From contig JAIVFI010000024.1 in assembly GCA_025558095.1 (NCBI GenBank), forward strand, positions 496,001 to 560,000: 64,000 bases of DNA, read 5' to 3'. The stretch comes from Hyaloraphidium curvatum SAG 235-1. Taxonomy: Eukaryota; Fungi; Monoblepharomycota. A program made the position numbers and the translations under genes. Below, one piece after another: positions 56,406-64,000 of the stretch (position 1 is its first letter; the number at the start of each line of letters is the position of its first letter). The notes under the pieces are model-generated. The model did no database searches and was not told the DNA's origin. It saw only the letters and a list, made by a program, of their open reading frames with translations.

Positions 56406-56544
56406 TATGGAAGGGAAGGCGGCCTCCAGTTTCGAAAGTGTGTGAGGTGAACCGCGGTGCGCCAGCTCAAAGCTCAGCGGGGACGAAACGTCAGAAGGTC
56501 GTTTTCTCTTTCCATCCAACGCGCCGAAAAGAACCGCAGCCGCC

Positions 56545-57162
56545 ATGCAGACTGCTGCCGGAAACGTTTCGCCCTCCCTTGCTTCGGTTTCCGCCCGCGC
56601 TCGCGCTCTTGAGGCCGACTTTCGCGCCGCCCTGGAAGCCGCGGGGGGGTCGGTCGAGCAGGCCGCCGCGGTGCTCGCCGGCTCAGGGGGGACGCTGAAC
56701 ATTGTGGCACAGTCTCCGCACCTGGCTGAAGTCGAACTGTACCTTTTCTACCCTGGGCAGGAGGCCGCGATGATGCCGCGTGAGATTCTGGAGAAGGTGA
56801 AAGTATTCAAGATCACGGGATGCTCCGGACTGTCGGATGTGGCGTGCCTGCCGGAATTTGCACCACGGGAGGTTCGCCTCGACATGGATACAGAGGACGA
56901 AGCGGACGTTGTCTGGGGCACCGTGCGGCAGATGACGTCGGTCGAGTTGCTAGAGATCGTGGACGAGGTGCCGACGAGCGAACTCGCCTTGGGCCTGCCG
57001 CGCAACCTGAAGCTGGATCACGATCAGACCGACGTCAAAGAGCACTTGCGCGTGACGAACGAACTTGCCAAAGCGGACCTGAACGGCATAAGGCTGGAAT
57101 ACGGCGACCACTATGTCGGGGTGTGTGACATCGGGCACGTGACGCTGGATCCCGACCAATAG
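56545..57162 (+). CDS. Hypothetical protein (UBA-like N-terminus, LRR-like remainder); possibly partial
   Basis: RAALEAAGGSVEQAAAVL resembles a UBA/CUE helix pair; the ORF is coding-biased. Confidence 0.4.
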   Translation: MQTAAGNVSPSLASVSARARALEADFRAALEAAGGSVEQAAAVLAGSGGTLNIVAQSPHLAEVELYLFYPGQEAAMMPREILEKVKVFKITGCSGLSDVACLPEFAPREVRLDMDTEDEADVVWGTVRQMTSVELLEIVDEVPTSELALGLPRNLKLDHDQTDVKEHLRVTNELAKADLNGIRLEYGDHYVGVCDIGHVTLDPDQ

Positions 57163-57354
57163 ATGCATCTCCGTTGGCGGTCTGGGAAGAGGCCCGAGTC
57201 TCGGCGCAGACTAGTGTAAGATTGGGCGCAATCACCGCTTTTGCGATACACACGCATCGCACGCATCGCAAGCTAGATGTCCTCGCTCCGTGCCTCACGC
57301 CGGTGGACCTCTCCAGATGGTCCGAGAAAGGTATGTAGCACTCAATGGTCAAAG

Positions 57355-58901
57355 TCAACCGGGGCAGATCGAATCCATCACCACGGCGACGCCGAACGAC
57401 TTCAGGATCCCAAACAGCGCGAACGACACCGTCGCGGCCGTGATGAATAGGTTTCTCAGCACCGTCGCGTCGACGACGAACCCCAGGAACCTCGCCCTGT
57501 GCGCCTTTGACCCCGCGTACTCGGCCAGCAGCTCTCTGTGCCTCCTGAGCACCTGCACCGCGCACGGGGCCGCGTGCCTGCGGCGCGCGAGGAGTTCCGA
57601 GATCTCGCGCCGCGCCCAGAGGTACGTGTCCGCCACGGCGTCGAGCTCCCGGTTGCGGGAGGCGGTGTGGACGAGGTCCGTGCAGAGGAGGGAGCCGGAG
57701 CCGAGGTAGAAGGACCAGATGGCGTAGAAGGGGATACAGCGGGCGACGGCCTGGGTAGGGAGATCAGACGGGGTGACGTAGCGGGCGGCGGGGAACTCAC
57801 GGCGTTGATGACGGCGCCGAGGACGATGGTGGCGAAGGCGCTGCTGAGCATTTGCGCACCCGTGTTCGGGGCCAGAAGCCCGCTCGAGATTTCGCGGGCC
57901 AGGGAAGCGTGGAAGTGCTGGTAGAGCTCGGTATCGGGCTGGGCCGCGAACGCCCGTTCGGCGTCCTCCGCCGGCGCCGAGAGCATGGGTTCGTATCGCG
58001 CCAGGAAGTCCGAGAGCGCGAGCCGCGCGGCGCGCACGCGCAGCCGAGTCGAGAGGTCCGAGAGCGCGACGTTGCCCGTGAACCGCGAGCCTTGGTTGAC
58101 GCCGTGGTAGAGGACGACCTTGGCGACCGAGAGGACAAAGAGCGGCGCTCCGTACCACGACGTCCACGTGGTCGAAGCAAAGGTGACAAAGACGGTGTAG
58201 AGTTCCAAAAAGGACATCCAGATAAAGAAGATCGGGACACGGCCGGCGAGTTCGGCCACGCGCAGGCGACCGACCCGCGCGGCAACGCTGCCGGCGCAAC
58301 CCGGGTCCGGGCAGGGGCAGACCTGGTCCCCTGCTTTGTGGGTGACCAGCGCAGGAGCCGAAGCCGCGGTTGCCGCTGCGTGTTTTGGAGCCTCGGTCCC
58401 GACATTGCCAACGAGCTGCATCCAGCGGGCCAGCTGCGCCTGCGGGAGGCCGCTCAGGTCGGCAACATCCTTCACCCCGCTGCTTGAGCGGCGCCACGAA
58501 GCGGCCAACACCAGCAGGATGATGAGCAGCACCGTCTGCGAAATTGCCAGAAGGCCGATGACTATGTTGACGCTGCTGAACAGGCCCGATCCCGCGGCCA
58601 ACACCCCGGTCGCGACGATGCCGGCCACTTCAGCAACGGCCAGGAATGCAGAGCGGGCGTAGAACCGCCGCGCCAACGGCGTGAGCCAGAGCTGCCACCG
58701 CGTCATCCTCCCGATGGCCGACTTTGCGCCGAGCGTCGCGACGAGGGCCCGGGGCGTGAGCGGGTCCCGCGTCCGCAGCGCCGCCGCGGGGTCGAACGCC
58801 GAAAACGCGTCGGCGGGCGCGAGCGTGGGCTCCGCGGGGAGCGCCATGGGGAATAGAGCAAGCCATTCGCGGTCCGTGAACGAGAGCGGCGGCGAGTCCA
58901 T
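57355..58901 (-). CDS. 7-TM membrane protein, paralog 3 (7TMIC/DUF3537-like candidate)
   Basis: Intron 57751-57800 joins the two ORFs (AVINA|AVARCIPFY); C-terminus ARFLGFVVDATVLRNLFITAATVSFALFGILK...DSICPG. Confidence 0.8.
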
Positions 58902-59100
58902 CGTGGCCGTTCCAGCCGCGCTCCCGGGGGCGAGGACGGTCCACGAGCACTTTAGGATGCCCGACGCGCTAGTTTCGGCGGCAGCGACCCAGGCCGGTCA
59001 GGCGATCCACGGGGGAGGGAGCGGAGTGATTGCGCAATTTGCCGCCGCGGCTGCGCCGACGCCACCCGCGACTCTTCCCGTCTCCGGGATTCTTCGAAGG

Positions 59101-60041
59101 ATGTCGGGGGAAAGCTCCGATCTGTGCGATGCCGACGCGCACAAGGCCGCCGTCGCCGCGCGCTCTACAATCCCGGCTTCGCGTTCCCCGCGTGGACGGT
59201 GGACCCCGCGGCGTGGAACGACGCGGACTTTGCCGCGACGCGCGTGCTCCACCACGCGTCGGACGCCCTCGCCGACGTGGTGCGCGTGGCGACGGAGCGT
59301 GAGCCGTGCAACATCGCGATGAACAGGCTGTACGACGAGGACGGCATGCGGAAGGCGTTCGGCTGGTCGCGCGGCGCGTACGCGGACTCCGTGCCGGGGA
59401 GGCCGATGCCAAACATCGCGGTGGTGTGCCGTGCGACGGTGCAGCTGGCCAAAAGGAGGGTGCGGGCGTGGGTCGTCAACCTGGTCGGCGTGGCCCACGA
59501 CTCGCGGTCTCAACCCGACTACAAAGTGTTTACCACGCGGGAACAGGTGCTGGCCGCGTACAGGCGGATCTGGCAGCTGGGCGTCGCCGCAGCCCTGATG
59601 CTCCGCAAGGAGCACGGCGTGGACGTTTTGCAGGTGTACAACGTCGGCGGCGGGGCCTTCTCCGGCTCGCTGTTCGACGACTTTGTCCGCGAGTGCTTCG
59701 AGCCCGCATTCCTGCCCCTCCTCCCGCGGCTGGAACAGGCCGGCGTGCGGGTGGCAGGCTACGACGTGCGGGCGCGCAGGTTCGACGGCGGGTGGATACC
59801 CAACGTGCTCGAGGACATGGACAACGGCGCCCTGGCGCGCATGCTGTGGGTGAACGCGTGGGACCCCTGGTCGCTGATCGGCAACGGCAACGCCCGTGAC
59901 GCATCGCTGGACGGATTTGGGGGGCGGTGCTCGAACCTGGCGGTGCTGGGGTGGCCGCGGACCAACCCGCACCTGAAGTACGTCGTCGCCGTCAGCGGGG
60001 AGGGCGAGGATGGCCATGAAGCGCATAAACAGGAGCTGTAG
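59101..60041 (+). CDS. Intronless hypothetical protein, macrodomain-like candidate; 1-nt frameshift near 59160
   Basis: Globular 290-aa region with VVNLVG..DS..QPDY, VGGGAF and VNAWDPWSLIGNGN..D.SLDG. The best ATG (59101) is out of frame by one base. Confidence 0.55.
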
Positions 60042-60499
60042 AACGTTCGAATGCGATCCTAAAAGAGCAGCAGGAAGAACAAAGATGACGATAGGTGGTG
60101 CGCGTCTTGAACATAGGGGGTCCCGATCGGAGCGCTGCGCGTCCCTAGCCGGATCCGTTCCCGACGCCCAATACGCTGTTCAGAGCATTTCTATTTTTCT
60201 AGTTGCTGCAATGATTCCACATGCCCTCGGCCGTCTTTTGTTCCGGTTCAGCAACGATTTTGACCGGGTTTGGCGCAGAGATCTCTGACTCGATTCCATC
60301 CACATCGTCCCTCACTCTCTGCGCACCTTTTCTGCCTCCAGATGGGCCCTTAAACGCGTCTATCTGCCCGAAATTGGGAGATTGGGCTCAGGGGTGACGG
60401 CCTCTCCACGAGGAGCCCTTCACGGCCTTCGACAAGCTGGAGCTCGAGATTCAAAGAGACGCACAGCGCGCACCGAAAGAGAGTCTTGCAGCCATAGAA

Positions 60500-61446
60500 G
60501 CTTTGATAAACGGTATAGACGCGAAGGACTGGCACGGCGCCACGAGCCCTGACGCGTTCGCCGCCTTGCTTTCGTGGACTTCGCAGCCAGGAGCGGACGC
60601 CCCCTCGCCTTCAGACCGGCCTCGCTCGCCCCAGGGCCGCGAACGCACTCTTCGGAAAGCAAGACACGGGCGACATGCCTTGGGATGCCAAAGCGGAGGC
60701 AGCCCCCTCCGGGAAAGGCCGCCCCCCACTTATAGGCCTTTTCACGCCCTTCCTAGATGAGCTAAACCCGAAATACACCGTGCAGCGGCAGGATCAATCG
60801 CCAACGGTGTGTTCCCTGTCGGCCTCTGCGTGCCAGGTTTTGACCCACGGGCTCTTCCAGCTCCCTACCACGCCGTGGATGCCGAAGTCCAAAGGGGCAG
60901 GCACAAGCGCAGGCTCCGAAACCCTTGCGCGACGAGGAGAAGAAGCGCACCGAAGCCGCTGAAAAGCAACGTCTCGTCGGGCTGTGGGGACACGAGGCGA
61001 TCGGCCGCGTGGTCGAATCCAAGGGCGCGATCTTCGACGATCCGAGCTACACGGCCACGGAGAGTCCCTCTACGACTTCGTGGAAGCGCACGCGGGGCCG
61101 GTGGTGGCAGCGGTTCTCAAGGAAGCTTCCTAGGCCAGGATCGTGTCCGATCATGTCATCTCGATGGTGCGGGCCATGCTCGACGAGGAGATCACCAAGT
61201 GGCAGTCGCAGACTGCGAACGCCGCCCGTGAAGGACCCGCCACCAAACGAGCGAGACTCGGACAAGACGCACCGAAGGTCTGTCGTTTTGCGGTTCGTCG
61301 TTCCTATATCTCATCGCCACTTCCATTACCAGAACGATCTGCTCGACACTGCCTGCCACGCTCTCGCTCCTGCAGGCCGGCTGCGCACGGCAGCCCTTCT
61401 CGCGGTCACGTTCGTAGTCGACTACCTGAAGCGGAAGCGCGGGTGA
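60500..61446 (+). pseudogene. Decayed multi-exon gene of unknown family
   Basis: Protein-like segments in alternating frames with plausible introns (~60787-60860, ~61278-61331) but several unexplained frameshifts. Confidence 0.3.
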
Positions 61447-61655
61447 TGCGGTAGAGGTGGCCGCACCCCAAGTGGTCGGCCAGAAAGGACTGATTGATGG
61501 ACAGCAGCCCATCGGGCGCGACATGGTAGACGGATACTCGAAGACTAGGGTGAATTGGTTCTCGAATAGATGATCGACGTGCTAGAAAGGTCGTGCGAGG
61601 CCGACGTCGTCTCGTTGGGAAGCCGAGGACGTGCCTCCGGGGACTGGCAAGAGAG

Positions 61656-62692
61656 TCAATCCAAGTCTCTTTCTACCTCTTCAAAGAATCGACACATAGC
61701 ATCCGCCGTTGCACCATCATCCATAAGATACGTTGAGTGCCCAACGTCCTTGAGCAGCACGTAGGTGAAATCCGGCAGGGCTTCGGTAAACAGGTCGCCT
61801 CCGACCGTGTGGGGCACAAGGAAGTCGCGGTCCCCGTGAACAACGAGAAACCGCGGTCCGTCAGAGTTCAGTGCCCGCAGGTCCGGGGTAAGGTCAAACT
61901 CGCCGTTGGCCGCGCGGTATCGGGCCAGCACCTCGGCCGGTTTGGTTCCGCGCGCCACCTCCTCGGCCTCCTGCCGCACGAGCGCGTCCACCTTTTCGGG
62001 GTTTGCGGCGGCCCACTCGGGTGTGAGCGAAGCGATCCACGACACCCTTTGCACCCTCGCTTCACCCTCTTCCTCCGTGATGAGCCCGGCCGCGAGGTCC
62101 TCCGCCACCCGCGCCCGTTCGGCGTCCAGCAGCGAGAACCACGGGGATTGGTTTGAGGCGTCAAACTTCCTCCTGGGGGCAGTGCAGATGAGCGCCACGC
62201 CCGCGAGTCGCAGTCGGGAAGACGTCCAGGATGGGTCCGACCGGCTCGTGCCGGGATACACTTTGAAGACGGCGTTCTGGGAGACATAGCCACCGAACGA
62301 CACGCCCCCAAGGTGGAACCTGTCCAGACCTGCCTCACGGGCTATGCAGAGCACGTCATCGGCAAAGACTTCGTGGGACGTGATCGCGTCTAGTCCGGCA
62401 GCATCCAGCACCGATTCTCCGAGGCCGCGGTTGTCGACCACGACCACATCCCGGTCGGCCAGGAGACGGAATCCAAAGTCACCCCACTCGTGCTTCAGAC
62501 GACCGCTGAAATTGGTTGAGCTGGAGGTGGAATGCGGCGGGAAACCACTCACAAGCCGCAGACGAGGATCAGCGGGAGACCGGACTTTTCCGGGCTCCGG
62601 CAGGCCAATCGCCGAAATGCGATCCGGGATCCGTCCCGTCCTGTTGCGAAACGCGTCTGTACCGCGTCGTAGATCGCTTCAAAGTCCGCCAT
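61656..62692 (-). CDS. Alpha/beta hydrolase fold-1 enzyme
   Basis: PLILVCG, DNRGLGES, GVSFGG, VVHGDRD and VGH; one intron near 62506-62552. Confidence 0.88.
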
Positions 62693-62788
62693 CGCCCGAG
62701 CTTCGGCCAGGGAAGACGCGAAGCCTTGACTTATTTGCTTCCAAACCTTTACCTCGTCCACCTCCTCGTTCCCCGGGCATTTGTGGCG

Positions 62789-64000
62789 ATGGAGGTCGAC
62801 GAACCTTCTGGCGGCGCGCCTCTGCGGCTCTCTCCGGTCTCTGCGTCAGCGGGATTGGCGCCCGACGCGTCGTACGGCGATGCGCGGTCAGCGCTGCTCT
62901 CCGGCTTGGCCGCCGCCCTCGCCGAGGCCCGCGCCGCGGGCCGTGCCCCCGAGCGGCTCATAAAGGACGCCCTCGAGCGCCACTTGGGCTCGCTGCTGGC
63001 GCCGCCGCAGACGCCCGAGGCCGGCGAGGAGGACAAGCTGGCTTCGCTGAGGCGGCAGCGGCGTGCCGAGATGCGCAAGCTGCTCGACTCGCAGGGCATG
63101 AAGATCGAGCTGGCGAAAATCATGGATGATCTGGAGGAGCCGAATTTCGACCCGCTGTACAATCTTCTGGACGCGTCGCTGCTCTCGGCGGAGCTTGGCT
63201 ACTCGGACTCGAACACGCCCATGAACATGGTTGAGGAGGTCATGGATGCTGTCACAATCGAGGGCACTGAACGTATTTTCGATTGGATGGAGCTGCGGAG
63301 CGAGCGGTTGACGGAGGTTGGCAGCGCAAGCCGGCCAAGTCGACTTCTGCTAAACCTCCCGGCCACAGAGTATGCAGCCCAATAAGGGCAAGGGCCTGAC
63401 CCTCCTCCGCCTCTGCAACGAGCTCCTGCGCCGCCTCTCTCGGACGCAGAACACCGTTTACTCGGGCCGGATCCTCATGTACCTCTCCACCGTGTACCCG
63501 CTCTCTGAACGCTCCGGCGTCAACCTCCGCGGCGACTTCAACAAGGACAACGTCACCCACTACGAGGGCGAGGACATCGAGGACGAGGACGAGCCCATGA
63601 CGGAGGAGGGCGGCGAGGGCGAGGCCGAGGGGGACGTGGAGGCGCGGTTCTACCGCAGATTCTGGGGGATGCAGCGGTTCCTGAGCAACCCGCCGACGAT
63701 CCTGGCCGATGGCAACTTCGAGCGCTTCCGATCGGTGAGTTCGGGGACGAACTTTCTTGTGTTCACGGCATGCTTACCGCGACGTTCGCAGGTTGTGGAG
63801 ATGACCCTCTCCCGCTTTGAAAAGATAGCCGCCGACAACGAGCCCAAGGACACCCCATCGAACTCGGCGGGGCCGTCGTCGCGCGAGGGCTCTTCCTCCG
63901 GCTCGTCCTCCCGGAAGCGCAAGCAGCGTCCCGACGACCGCGCCCTGGGCAAGGAGGAGACCTTCTTCTTCCCCAAGTTCCTGACCAGCCCCAAGCTGTT
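62789..64000 (+). CDS. THOC1: THO complex subunit 1 (Hpr1/THOC1), 3' end runs off the window
   Basis: Spliced LTLLRLCNELLRRLSRTQNTVYSGRILMYLSTVYPLSERSGVNLRGDFN and FFPKFLTSPKL. Confidence 0.93.

Noticed and set aside
60300-61600. Transposon remnant
   Set aside because: No DDE, RT or tyrosine-recombinase motifs; kept only as a low-confidence pseudogene.

Overview
This is eukaryotic, very GC-rich, gene-dense DNA. Introns are short (mostly 47-64 nt, GT..AG, CTRAY-type branch points), as expected for a fungus. The gene mix (TMEM209, BORC/BLOC-1, a Kv channel) suggests an early-diverging, chytrid/monoblepharid-like lineage, but that is inference. About 25 protein-coding genes plus several pseudogenes and fragments can be reconstructed. 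No rRNA, tRNA, CRISPR array or recognisable transposase was seen. Highlights: (1) a 25-exon gene (7000-21120) encoding a ~4,250-aa protein with two Ig-like domains, 11-mer amphipathic repeats, AHNAK/periaxin-like Pro-rich repeats built from tandemly duplicated exon+intron units, and a C-terminal copine-type C2 domain; (2) three paralogous 7-TM proteins whose topology and C-terminal signature resemble the insect odorant/gustatory receptor-DUF3537 (7TMIC) channel superfamily, with a private H-x3-D-x2-CPC-x2/4-C motif, two of them near a voltage-gated K+ channel; (3) an unstable 22-36 kb zone with scattered fragments of neighbouring genes; (4) an 8-nt micro-exon flanked by two mutually homologous introns; (5) several HGT or unusual-architecture candidates. 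All family assignments come from motif recognition by eye, not database searches.
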